From: Podarcis filfolensis
Lineage: Eukaryota
DNA: 64,000 nucleotides
Reading direction: 5' to 3' (one strand)
Assembly (NCBI GenBank): GCA_964270895.1
Contig: OZ185440.1
Below are positions 1 through 11,896 of the stretch, piece by piece (within the stretch, counting starts at the first letter, position 1; each line of letters opens with the position of its first letter). A program made the position numbers and the translations under genes. Under the pieces are notes generated by a model. The model was given only the letters and a program-made list of their open reading frames with translations, had not been told where the DNA came from and did not search any database.

Positions 1-62
1 GTCGCAACCCCAGAGTCTGCCACGACTGGACCTAATGGTCAGGGGTCCCTTTACACTTTACC
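1..62 (+). mobile_element. Sauria (Squam1) SINE, 3' end
   Basis: GCAACCCCAGAGTC...GGACCTAATGGTCAGGGGTCCCTTTAC plus ACCTT tail, same as the 3' ends of full copies in this window. Confidence 0.85.
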
Positions 63-938
63 TTACTTTTTGGAAAGATTTTAACAGGGCTAGTTTAACA
101 TGTTGGTACCAGGGGGTGTGGCAAATAGCTGTCACTGAAAAGATAACTTGAGAATGGCAAGAGAAACATATCCATACTTTCGCAGGCGAATGGTGGAGCT
201 TTGTTGTTTTCACAAACACACCAGAAACCAAAGACCTGTCCCTAGGGTATCTGCTGATTTGTCAATTTTATTTGCTGTACTGCCAACATTTCATGGGAAC
301 TGGTGTCTTATATATTATAAGCAGGAGTGTCTCAAGTTGCTGAATTGGTATCCTTTCTGTTCGTCTCTGTTCAGTAACGTTTATGTATTTCGTGGGGTGT
401 TATATCCTGGATATTCTGGGGGAAAGATGATTCATTTTTTAAAAGGGGGCACAGACTCTACTAGGGGTGGAGAACCCAGTGGTTCTCTAGATGTTCCTGA
501 ACTGCAGCTCCCACCATCCCTGGCTATTGGCTATGGTGCCTGGGGCTGATAGGAGTTTGTGTTCAACAACCCCTACCCCTTCCTGAGCCCCTTTCATATC
601 CAAATGAAATCCAAGTGTTGAAAGGCCAGCATTCACACCCCAGCACTGTACAGCTTTCTCAGCCCTCACGCCTGACTTCCACACCTTGAGTGAGGATGAC
701 TGATCCAGAGAAGCCTATGCACATAGACGTGTGTGTGTGCTTGCGCTTCCACAGGAACTGGAACCAGCCACCCAGAGTTCCAGCTTCCACAGAAACCAAC
801 ACCTCTATAGGTCTCTAGTCCTGTAGGCTTACCCTGTTCAGACATATGCATGTCCAACAAATGGACATTGGGGATGGGGAAGCCACTCAATGTTGCAGGT
901 CTCACTGTTTGGCCCTGCATTGGGTCATTTTAAGCAGG

Positions 939-1276
939 TGAAATATACTCGGAGTCGAGAGTGGATTTCATGCTCTTTACTCAGCTCATAGTGGTGAGGA
1001 GGAATGGAAGTTCCCCCAGAATGTCTGCTTTCTATACATTATTTACACAATGGGCCCCATGTGATTGGCTAATTCCAGGATTCACCTGTAGGCCAATCAG
1101 GTTGCGGATTCACTTCCACCTGGAGCTGGATTGGGTGGCTCCTGTGCACCAATCAAACTGCTGCGTTCTGGACCCTATTGTTCTAGGACCAATCAGACTG
1201 CTGCATTCTGAATCCTATTGTTCCAGGACCAATCAGACTGCTGCCTTTTGGATCCTATTCAACTCAGTACATAACA
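939..1276 (-). mobile_element. Solo LTR (338 bp) with 5-bp TSD
   Basis: TG...CA termini; perfect flanking GCAGG at 934-938 and 1277-1281; internal 40-bp CCAAT-containing tandem repeat; orientation inferred. Confidence 0.8.
1149..1262. repeat. 40-bp tandem repeat (about 2.8 units) inside the LTR
   Basis: CCAATCA(G/A)ACTGCTGC units start at 1149, 1189 and 1229. Confidence 0.9.
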
Positions 1277-2489
1277 GCAGGGATGACGGGAGCAGTGTAT
1301 GTATGGAAGTAAAGCATCTCCTGTTTTCAGAGCACCGCTTTGTATCAGGGGCATAGCTTGGGGGGCACAGGGGCAGTTGCCCCAGGCACAACAATTTTAG
1401 GGGCCCAAAATTTCAACACCTGGTGATGCCTCAGCACAGCTACACGTCTCCATCGCTGGGGGTCATTGGAAAACATGCCAACCAGAAAGTGCATACCATG
1501 GAACAACTCTTCTTATCTCTGTGGCTACGATCTCCTGATGATGCAGGCACTGGTAGAGTGGAATGAGCACTCCTACTCCATCTGTTTCCCTCCCTTCCAG
1601 CCTCACTCTGCATAGCCCTGGGTGTTGGCAACCCATGGTATGCCACAGCTTCACAGTGCATCTCAGTAGTGGCTGTGGGGAGGGGACTGTTTTATTTCCA
1701 GTTGCACTGATGGTTGCCACCAGTAAACAGGGTTGAAGAAAGCTGGGCATATGGTGAGTTGGTGGTTTGTCCCCCTTGCCTTAAGCAGCAGGGACTATTG
1801 ATGCTTTGCTCCATAGCATGTGCCTGAGTTCTCAGAACCTTCAGACAGACATTTTCTTACTGTGTGTGTGTATGTATGTGAAGCTGGCTTTGGGTGGTGC
1901 TCTTGGACTCATCGCAACATATCTTTTTACAATGCACTGCTTGGAACCATATCTTCCTTTGGCATAGTTGCAATGCCTGTAGTTGGTTTGCATTATTTTA
2001 ACAGTCTCCCCGTATTATTTGCTGGTGGGGGGCTTGTTCATTCCTCCACCCTCATCCCCTCCCAGCAAACTCTTAATAATATACTTGGCTATAAATCTTC
2101 CAGATAGAAACTGGTATTCAGATCATTTAATTAGTTACTCAGACGGCATTCGAAAAAGAATTCCATGATCCAGTGAATACTTTGGAAAACAAAGGGCATG
2201 AGGCTGCAAATTTATTGTTCCCCGGCTGATTTTGCATATTTGGAATCTGCTTTCTAAAGCTGCATATGTATAGTTTTCTTGAGTTGCGAACAAGCCCTGG
2301 ACAATTCATCTTGACAGCTCCTTATGAGCCTTACACTCAGAATAATCCTGAAATGTTTCAGGCTACACTTGCAATCTTTGTAGGACAGAATTAAATATCC
2401 ATCCAAGTATCAAAAGCTTTGCCAAGGTTAGCTAACTTGGCAAAAAACACACCATGAAGCACTAATAAGCAATAGGTAGGTAGGTAGGT

Positions 2490-2799
2490 GGGACGCGGGT
2501 GGCACTGTGGGTTAAACCACTGAGCCTAGGGCTTGCCGATCAGAAGGTTGGCGGTTCAAATCCCCGCGACGGGATGAGCTCCCGTTGCTTGGTCCCTGCT
2601 CCTGCCAACCTAGCAGTTTGAAAGCACGTCAAAGTGCTAGTAGATAAATAGGTACCACTCCGGTGGGAAGGTAAATGGCGTTCGCCAGAAGTGGCTTAGT
2701 CATGCTGGCCACATGACCCGGAAGCTGTACGCCAGCTCCCTTGGCCAATAAAGTGAGATGAGCGCCGCAACCCCAGAGTCGGTCACGACTGGACCTAAT
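2490..2799 (+). mobile_element. Sauria SINE running into an assembly gap
   Basis: GGGACGCGGGTGGCACTGTGGGTTAAACC tRNA-like head and full body. Confidence 0.9.
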
Positions 2800-3230
2800 N
2801 NNNNNNNNNNNNNNNNNNNNNNNNNNNNNNNNNNNNNNNNNNNNNNNNNNNNNNNNNNNNNNNNNNNNNNNNNNNNNNNNNNNNNNNNNNNNNNNNNNNN
2901 NNNNNNNNNNNNNNNNNNNNNNNNNNNNNNNNNNNNNNNNNNNNNNNNNNNNNNNNNNNNNNNNNNNNNNNNNNNNNNNNNNNNNNNNNNNNNNNNNNNN
3001 NNNNNNNNNNNNNNNNNNNNNNNNNNNNNNNNNNNNNNNNNNNNNNNNNNNNNNNNNNNNNNNNNNNNNNNNNNNNNNNNNNNNNNNNNNNNNNNNNNNN
3101 NNNNNNNNNNNNNNNNNNNNNNNNNNNNNNNNNNNNNNNNNNNNNNNNNNNNNNNNNNNNNNNNNNNNNNNNNNNNNNNNNNNNNNNNNNNNNNNNNNNN
3201 NNNNNNNNNNNNNNNNNNNNNNNNNNNNNN
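2800..3230. other. Assembly gap (431 N)
   Basis: Run of N. Confidence 1.
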
Positions 3231-3362
3231 AGGGACTCAACTAGTCCAACCCCCTTCAATGCAGGAATATCAACTATGACAGATGACCATCCAACTTCTG
3301 CTTAAAAACCTCCAAGGAAAAAGAGTCCACAACCTCTCAAGGGAGACCGTTCCACTAGTGGG
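3231..3362 (-). mobile_element. CR1 LINE 3' fragment
   Basis: Reverse complement of CR1 3' region (CTAGTCCAACCCC...TGCAGGAAT; AAAAACCTCCAAGGA; GTTCCACT). Confidence 0.7.
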
Positions 3363-4202
3363 TCATATTCAGTGTTGCTGTTCCACTTGCACAACAGACT
3401 TCCCCTTGAAGAGAACTTCCTTCTCCTCCTCCATGCACTCTGCCACCCCCAGCCCAAGGTGCTTCAGAGGGTTGGAAGCAGATGGAGGCAGGGAGGAGGA
3501 GAAAAAGGAAGAGGAAATCCTGTTGAGTGAGTGCAACACCAACCATATAGCACTAAATACAACCGGTAGATTATAAAACCATCAGAAAATTTCATATGTG
3601 AGATATAAGAGGGCATCAAAAAATAAAATACATGTGGCACATTCATCAAAAATATGGCTGGAAAATTCCAAAATCCTTTTTAGGGCAATAATTAGGATAG
3701 CCAACTAGCACACAAGCTTTCAAGTTCTCCAGAACTCTTAATTCAGCAGCGTTTTATATTTGCAAAAATGCAGGGGATCAACTATTCTTATCAGAAAAAA
3801 TGCTGTTACAGCAATGCTTTACTTAATGTCTTAATATTTGAAATTCCCAGTTTGAAAGCGTTACATGTAACCTATTCTTGTCTCTTTATAAAATGTGCCA
3901 ATAAGTTGCTGTTGTTGTTGTTGTTAAAATGTCATGGATTTGAACTGGGTTTTTTAAAATGTAAGATGTAAAACACATCACCTTCTGCTTTATTACTCAG
4001 CAGCAGACGTTATATAATTAGTGAAAATACGAAGACATTTGTGTAGTTGAATGCTATTCCTGCAAAGGAAACGGATGACATTAAACATCTGTCACAATAA
4101 CTACTCACATAATCCAGAATTTAAGATTCATACTGAATTTATTACTTGAATGATTTCAGCCTTGTAAATCTGTTCTTAATCCCGGAGGCCTGTATAAATG
4201 GA

Positions 4203-4219
4203 TAGTGCCCTCTTCTGGG
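4203..4219 (-). promoter_or_regulatory. Candidate CTCF motif
   Basis: Reverse complement reads CCCAGAAGAGGGCACTA. Confidence 0.4.
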
Positions 4220-4556
4220 TTATTGCTGTAATTTCCAATGCTGTTTCCTTACTTTGGTTAATGAATGCCTGCCAGGTTTCATCTGTAGCAAGGAGGACTT
4301 CCAAACTTTGCATTAAATCTCAAGGTAGTTTTTGAAGCAGAATTGTTCTTCCCAGAAAGTTCCTGGCTTTGCTGTGCTTGCGAGGCATTTCTATCACGAG
4401 CTTGTGGCTGACACGAGACAAAACACATTCCATCTTTAACCGCTTGTGGAAGTTCACGTCAGATACACTGGCTAGGCACACAAGAGTTCAATTAAGGCGA
4501 GGTTGCCCTATTTTAATCTGAGTACATTCATAACAATATGGAATAATGGAGATTCA

Positions 4557-4711
4557 GGCTGCATCTAGACACATCCCCCCCAAAAAAATTCAGAAAAACA
4601 CGTTGTAAACATAATGGGAAATCAAGTTGCCGAAAGACGAAACTCCACAGCGCCATCTGGTGTCACAGTGTTATAACACATTTAAAACGCTTTTTCTTTA
4701 GTAATGTAGCC
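4557..4711. mobile_element. MITE-like element with GGCT(G/A)CAT termini carrying a CTCF-like motif
   Basis: GGCTGCAT...ATGTAGCC inverted ends; CAGCGCCATCTGGTGTC at 4648-4664. Confidence 0.45.
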
Positions 4712-4740
4712 GACTCCTGTTCAGTATGTCATGAGCTGGG

Positions 4741-5225
4741 TGTGGCGATCACAGGGTCCCTGGACGTTTGACGGTCTATTGATCCCTGTGCCACCACTGT
4801 GATTGCCTCTTCGCTGCCACCAAGCCGGTTCCCTCGGGTACACACGGAGTCCAGACAGTTGTTAACATTAACAAATAATCAAGTTTATTTTTATAAGCAT
4901 GAATAAGTTTAAGGTTTCAGTTAATTTTTCTTGTCAGTTTTTTAATCTTAATTACTTTATTGACCTATTCGTTCCTAACAACTTCAAACTGATTATCCCA
5001 ACTATCTATCTGACTCCACCTAACAGTTCCTCTCACTCTCTCACAACACAACTCAACCAACCCACAGACTTATCTTCTCTCTTCCTTCTCCAACTCTCAA
5101 CTCTCAACTGACTTCCACATAACTCCAACCCTAACTCTAACTCCTCCCCTCAGGTTTCCACTGGCCAATCACTTCACACTCATTTAACCCTTTCCTTATG
5201 ACCCACCTAGGAGGGAAACGCCACA
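4741..5225 (-). mobile_element. Solo LTR (485 bp)
   Basis: TGTGGCG...CGCCACA 7-bp inverted termini; flanks CTGGG/CTAGG (4 of 5 match); AATAAA on minus strand at 4884-4889. Confidence 0.65.
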
Positions 5226-5249
5226 CTAGGTGCAAAAGGTTAAAAAAAA

Positions 5250-5611
5250 AAGGTAAAGGACCCCTGTACAGTTAAGTCTAGTCAAAGGCGACTATGCGGT
5301 TGCGGTGCTCATCTCGCTTTCAGGCCGAGGGAGTCAACGTTTGTCCACAGATAGCTTTCCGGGTCATGTGGCCAGCAGGACTAAACCGCTTCTGGCACAA
5401 CAGAACACCGTGACGGAAACCAGAGCGCATGGAAACACCGGTCACCTTCCTGCCACAGTGGTATCTATTTATCTACTTGCACTGGCATGCTTTTGAACTG
5501 CTAGGTTGGCAGGAGCTGGAACAGAGCAACGGGAGCTCACCCCGTCATGGGAATTCGAACCGCCAACCTTCCGATCGGCAATCACAAGAGACCACAGTGC
5601 CACCCGCGTCC
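5250..5611 (-). mobile_element. Sauria SINE, divergent subfamily
   Basis: Reverse complement of GGACGCGGGTGGCACTGTGG head to AAAGGTAAAGG tail; extra internal segment CACAACAGAACACCGTGACGGAAACC. Confidence 0.85.
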
Positions 5612-5694
5612 AGGTGCAGGCCTGGGTTGGCATATAGCATCCCCTAGAAGAGATATACAAAGGCCCCAAGATGCACCTCTGTGCACTTTAAAAT

Positions 5695-6108
5695 CACCAG
5701 TAGTGATGTATGGAAGTGAGAGCAGGACCATAAAGAAGGCTGATCGCCAAAGAATTGATGCTTTTGAATTATGGTGCTGGAGGAGACTCTTGAGAGTCCC
5801 ATGGACTGCAAGAAGATCAAACGTATCCATTCTTAAGGAAATCAGCCCTGAGTGCTCACTGGAAGGACAGATCCTGAAGCTGAGGCTCCAATACTTTGGC
5901 CACCTCATGAGAAGAGAAGACTCCCTGGAAAAGACCCTGATGTTGGGAAAGATGGAGGGCACAAGGAGAAGGGGACGACATGGTTGTACGGTGTTCTCGG
6001 GGCTACCAACATGAGTTTGACCAAACAGCAGGAGGCAGTGGAAGACAGGAGTGCCTGGCGTGCTCTGGTCCATGGGTCACAACTAAATGACTAAACAACA
6101 ACAACAAC
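5695..6108 (+). mobile_element. Bov-B (RTE) LINE 3' fragment
   Basis: Translates to VMYGSES..IKKADRQRIDAFELWCWRRLLRVPWTARRSN...LQYFGHLMRR (RTE ORF C-terminus); (CAA)n tail. Confidence 0.92.
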
Positions 6109-7105
6109 ACTTTAAAAAAAAACTGAACCACTGTGCACTCTCCACTGTAGTCTGCATTTTGAGGTGCAAGCCACATTGTGTTCCCCATTCACTACAATTG
6201 AAATAACATCACCACCAGCCAAAATTTATGCAGTTTACAGGCAATCCAGAATGGATTCAAGCTGTCAAATTGCGGGCAAATTGGCCCAAGGAAATTTGGT
6301 GGGGAAAGTATAAAGCGTTCACTTTTCTCAGGGGGGGGGGGAGGACATGGGGAATGTTGTCTTAAACTCTGCGTGGGCTTAATATAGGATCACCTATTTG
6401 GAGCAAAGGGCCCTCTAGCCCAGTCCTCTGCTGCAAGATCTGAAGCAATCTCTTTCCAGCTCACTCTTAGCTTCTAGGCTGCACCCTCCCCAGCACTAAC
6501 AAATAGTTCAGAACAGATCAAAAGTAGCTGTCAGCCACAAAAAAGCCAGATGACAGAAATGCTGAAAGGTATGTTGAAAGGAATGCAAAGGCATTCTTTG
6601 TGCATGATGACCAGAGACCTGCCCATTCTCAACCGTAACATGGGCCCAGATGCATGTGGGTAGCTTGCCAGTGAGAGCAGCACAACCTACCCATATCCAA
6701 AGCAGAAATTGTGGGCTGGATTGGGAGATAGATGGAAGGAATTGCATCTTGCCTTGGGACTAAGGGAGCTGTGGGTTGTAGTCAGCTAATCTTTGCTCAG
6801 AGGAGACCCATGACCAAATTAGGCTCACTGGTTTCAATGGGTCTACACAGAGTAAAAGTTAGTTAAATACAAGCAGCCCAGGATCAGTGGAAATAACCAA
6901 GTCCTCCTACAATCTGCTGAACTAAAGGGTGGTTTGAGGAATGAGAAGAAGCAGGAAAGTATAGGGGAACCAGTGGCTATTTAAAAAAATATATATTTGT
7001 ATTAATTTTTGGTAAAAAAGAGGAATATAACAGGTAAGTAACAACAAAAAACAAAAAACCCCAATGGATAGAAATCCTTATATTCCAGCTCATCAGTAAA
7101 TAAAA

Positions 7106-7285
7106 NNNNNNNNNNNNNNNNNNNNNNNNNNNNNNNNNNNNNNNNNNNNNNNNNNNNNNNNNNNNNNNNNNNNNNNNNNNNNNNNNNNNNNNNNNNNNNN
7201 NNNNNNNNNNNNNNNNNNNNNNNNNNNNNNNNNNNNNNNNNNNNNNNNNNNNNNNNNNNNNNNNNNNNNNNNNNNNNNNNNNNNN
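7106..7285. other. Assembly gap (180 N)
   Basis: Run of N. Confidence 1.
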
Positions 7286-9596
7286 ATCCCAAGATTTTTA
7301 GCCACAGCAGAAATCTTGGCGCTTTTATCACAAAAGAAACTTCAGGAGGTGTCTTTTTTATTTTAATGTGAGGAAAAGTTTTGTTCACAAGCAAAGTGCA
7401 AGAGTAAACAAAGAGTTAACTCTGAAGAGGAGGTATATTCTGGGAAAGTCCAGTTCCATACATCACTTCAGATGCCAAGAGCCAAGCCAGGAAAAAAAAT
7501 ATCTCTGTGGGGTGGCTAGCAAATCAGACCTAGGAGAACATTTCACCTTTCCATTTTTTGTTTTTAAAGTTAAACAGATGCAAAAGACTCAGCACACTTT
7601 CAGACAATCTGCTTATTGGGCATTTCTCCTTATTCGTGTTGTAAAGTGCAATGTACAAATGAGACACTAGATGGTGACAGTGAGTTATGCCAAATTCAAA
7701 GTATTTTTCAAAACTCTTTTAAAAAAGCATTTTCACCTATATTTCACCTATATAAATTCCACCTATATTGCAGCTGCCTGCCTGTCGCCAGCCAATTGCA
7801 TATGCAGACACACTGCTGCAAGCAAGTTTCAGCTTCCAGGACATGTTGACAAAATAGTAATTTACAGTTGCATATCAGTTTCTAAATACTGCTTGTAGCA
7901 AGAGGTGAACATGACTGACCAAAGACTTAGAAGGCCAGCATGTGCTATCAAGCACTTTCTTCCAACTTTCACAGTGAATTCCCCATTGTTGTGTGAATCT
8001 GCGATCAGGAACTGACGTGGTTGATTGGGGTCCCAAGAACACTAGGACAAATTATACGCAAAGTGGGTGGATGTGGTACTGGGATAAATATGGGCTGAGT
8101 TATAGACTGGGCTGCATGCTAAATCAGCACAACAATCTCTTTACCCGTAGTTTTATAGAGGAAGAATGCAGGGGAGGACAGTTCCAGGACTTTTTCCAGA
8201 GTAGAAGCAACCATCTGCTGGATTGCCAGGGTAATTGACAGATTTTCCTTGCTCTGGCAAGTTAATGAGGGGACAACAAGGTTTTCAAGTTTGTTTGTGG
8301 CAGAGTCGCACACAGCAAGTCAGAGAATTAGCAAAATAATTCGGCAAAGGCTGGATACTTCTTTTTCTTTGATGGGGAACTACTTCATCTGAGAATGACT
8401 GGGCAATGCAAGATGGTTTGTATATCTCATTAAAAGCTACATTTTGTGTTCTACCAGGCCGAATATATTTTGTCTAAGCTCAAGTCTGAAACTGTGCAGT
8501 CAGAATTAAGCACCATTGACCGGTGAAGCTTACTCCAAAGTAACAATGAATAGGATTGCAGTCATATTTATCTCAGTAAGCTGGTACAGTATTCTGCTGT
8601 GTACTGCTGTGCTTTTTTTGGAAGGAACGTGTGCAATAACAGATTTCTGCATTTGGGGGTTTTCTGTGGGTGTGTTTCAGAATTTATCACTAAGTAAGCT
8701 GTGCCCCATTTTATACACTTTCCTTGAACGAAAATGCCAGATTCACTGTAAGCCACACATGTCAGCAAAAGCTATGACCCACACGCCTACAGATGGAGCT
8801 GTCTGTACCAGGAGGAAAAGAGGTTACCGTATATGTGGTATATGTGAAGAGCCTTAAACACTGTTTTTCTCTCAGCGTCCAGGGCAATAATTCTGCAAGG
8901 CTTAAGTTAACTGTGGCCGAAAAGCGCTTTTGAGAATGGAAAGTGTTAAATGCTCTCTGTTGCCTGCAAACTTCAAACTAAAATCCCATGCCTGAAAAAG
9001 ATAAGGCTGCTTAAGACATAAAGCAGGGTGAAAGGCAGGGCGTGATAAGCAAAGCTTCGAGGGCTTGATTATTTCCATTTTCAAGCAAATCTAGAGTTTT
9101 CCAGTGTCAATTGGGGTGGGCCCCAAAACCCATGTTGGGGGAGAGGAATGTTTTAAAAGGCCCAGCCTGGAATATTTCGCTGCAACACCGTGTCACTTTC
9201 AAATAAATATGATGGAAAAATCCCCTCCACCCTAAGCCGAGTAAATGGGAGTTTGGGGCTCGCATAGGGTGGATCCTAATGGGTAACTTCTCTATTTATT
9301 CTTCCGTGACAAAAGGAAATATAAATATAGAGGACATAAAGCTAATAGACTGGGTTGGGTTTTTTTAATGAAGCAAACTGCTGCTGGGATAGGAATATGC
9401 AAGCTTTTAAGTTCTGTGGAATTATTCATTGTGCAGCATGGAAAGTTAGAATTTTTTCAGAGAATAAATTTTCAGACAGCTGAGAAAGAAAATGGATTAT
9501 TATTCACTCCCTGCCTATTGACAAGAGGCAGATGCCTTCACTGTGTTCTTTTTGGTGCCTGCTAAATACATTTGTGTTTAGACAAGCCAATCCAAA

Positions 9597-9956
9597 GGGA
9601 TGCGGGTGGCGCTGTGGTCTAAACCACTGAGCCTCTTGGGCTTGCCAATCAGAAGGTTGGTGGTTCAAATCCCTGCAACGGAGTGAGCTCCCATTGCTTG
9701 GTCCCAGCTCCTGCCAACCTAGCAGTTCAAAAGCATGTCAAAGTGCAAGCAGATAAATAGGTACTGCTCCGGCGGGAAGGTAAACGGCATTTCTGTGCCC
9801 TGCTCTGGTTCGCCAGAAGCGGCTTAGTCATGCTGACCACATGACCCGGAAGCTGTACGCAGGCTCCCTCGGCCAATAAAGCGAGATGAGCGCTGCAACT
9901 CCAGAGTCGTCCATGACTGACCTAATGGTCAGGGGTCCCTTTACCTTTACCTTTAC
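9597..9956 (+). mobile_element. Sauria SINE, full length
   Basis: Head GGGATGCGGGTGGCGCTGTGG through (ACCTTT)n tail. Confidence 0.92.
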
Positions 9957-9975
9957 ATCGTCTGTTCACTAAGGC

Positions 9976-10112
9976 AGAAGTGGCTAAACTGTGACCCTTC
10001 AGCTGTTGTTAAGACAACAACAACTCCTTTCATCCCTGATCATTGGCCATGCTGACTGGGGCTGCTGGAAGATGGGAGGTCCAAGAACATCATAAGGACC
10101 ACAAGTTCTCCA
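9976..10112. mobile_element. Old hAT/Charlie-like hairpin MITE
   Basis: Degenerate copy of the 36601-36735 element. Confidence 0.5.
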
Positions 10113-11548
10113 TCTTTGCTTTCAGGAGCTTGAAGCAGCATTTTGTCCCAGTCAGAAAACAACCCTGCGAGGGAGGTTGGCTTGAGAGACTCAGTCAAAT
10201 CAGTCAGTGAGTTTGGAGGCTGGATGGAGCCTAGGGTGACTAGATGAAAAAGTCAAAAAGTCATGTCTTGCAGCTGGGCAGAATTTCACTTGCTGTATGC
10301 TTCCTAATGGTATATTTGGGGATTCAGAAGTCTGAATATTGGAAGCAGGCACCTAGCATAGCTTTCATCAACATCTTTTGCTTTCATCGACATCAGTGAA
10401 TTAGCTGTGCCCTTTGAAACACTTCCAGCCTTCACAATCCCTATTACAGCTCTTTCTTCCTTGGACCTGAGAGAAAGCCTTCTGAAGGTTTCTGCCAGGG
10501 AGCTGTATGACACCTTGTTAGACTGCAGTCCTGGGCATGTTTAACTCTGGGAGTAAGCCACTGCTGGGTAAACATACACAGCATTGCAGTGTTAATAAAT
10601 ACGTTACGTAATCAACCTGCATAGAACCTGAAATCCGTAGCAAAGTTCACTTCAATAGACCACACATGGTGCTGGCAATGGGAGCTAACTTTACTAGATG
10701 GAAGGAGCTGGTTTTTGCAGGATCAGAATGAGATAAAGCGGCCTTCAGTCTCCGAAGCAGAAGCCTATTTTCTAGGATGCATTGATCTGGAGAGCAGTTG
10801 GGTGAGGGACACTGGCAGAACAGAGGTCTCCAGTGGGAAAGATTACAGAGGCAGAAAAAGAAGCCTGTGTATGCACAGAATCGAGACCAAATACTTGCTT
10901 TTTTCACAGAGTTCCACGCACAATATGGATCCATTACATATTTTTTTTGCCCCAGAAAAATGGTTCTCAAGAAACTGATTTCATTCAGAAAACAAGAGCT
11001 TATTGCAGAGTGATTCTGCACTACATTGCAGTGTGTCAATTTGAAAACAGGTGTAGGTGGTCCACAGCTACCCAAAGACACTGTGGGCGGCAGCAGTGGC
11101 TTGTGCCCATTGGTACTGGTGAACCAGAAGGCAGGGAGACCAAACAGTAGGTAGGACAAGAGACATTGAAAGGCAGATCCTAGTTTGTCCCCATCCTCCT
11201 CTCTGCTGAGGACCAAAACTGAGGCTGTGTAATATATCTGAAGCCCCCAGAATCCTGTGAACTGTAGTTTATCCCTCACAGAACTATAATACCCAGTCTG
11301 TGGGTGTAGCCAGGATTTTTTTGGTTGGGAAGCAGGCTTTATGTTTTTTGGGGGCAGAACTGAGCTTTTTGTGATGCGATTTGTCAGTTAGTTGTTTTTA
11401 TTTTCTTTTATTAATTGATTGGGGGGCAACTGCCCTCTTTTGGCCATGCCCATGCCCAGCATGCTTAACAAATGACTGAGATCTTGTTTTTTCTGCCTAA
11501 TCCACACACAATTGAGACCTACTTTGGGTGGGCTTATACCAAGATCGT

Positions 11549-11896
11549 GGGATGCGGATGGCGCTGTGGGTTAAACCACAGAGCCTAGGACTTGCCGATC
11601 AGAAGATCGGTGGTTCGAATCCCCGCGACGGGGTGAGCTCCCGTTCTTGGTCCCTGCTCCTGCCAACCTAGCAGTTCGAAAGCACGTCAAAGTGCAAGTA
11701 GATAAATTGGTACCGCTCCAGCGGGAAGGTAAATGGCGTTTCCGTGCGCTGCTCTGGTTCGCCAGAAGCGACTTAGTCATGCTGGCCACATGACCCGGAA
11801 GCTGTATGCCGGCTCCCTCGGCCAATAAAGCGAGATGAGCGCCGCAACCCCAGAGTCGGTCACGACTGGACCTAATGGTCAGGGGTCTCTTTACCT
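11549..11896 (+). mobile_element. Sauria SINE, full length, 13-bp TSD
   Basis: TTATACCAAGATC at 11534-11546 and 11897-11909. Confidence 0.95.

Noticed and set aside
1149-1262. CRISPR-like regularly spaced repeat
   Set aside because: Units are contiguous tandem copies with no unique spacers, inside a eukaryotic LTR
2629-3279. ORFs spanning the first N gap (likewise 7002-7394)
   Set aside because: Artefacts of translating N runs
10647-11279. 210-aa minus-strand ORF
   Set aside because: No recognisable domain, starts in MITE-like sequence, no supporting splice structure
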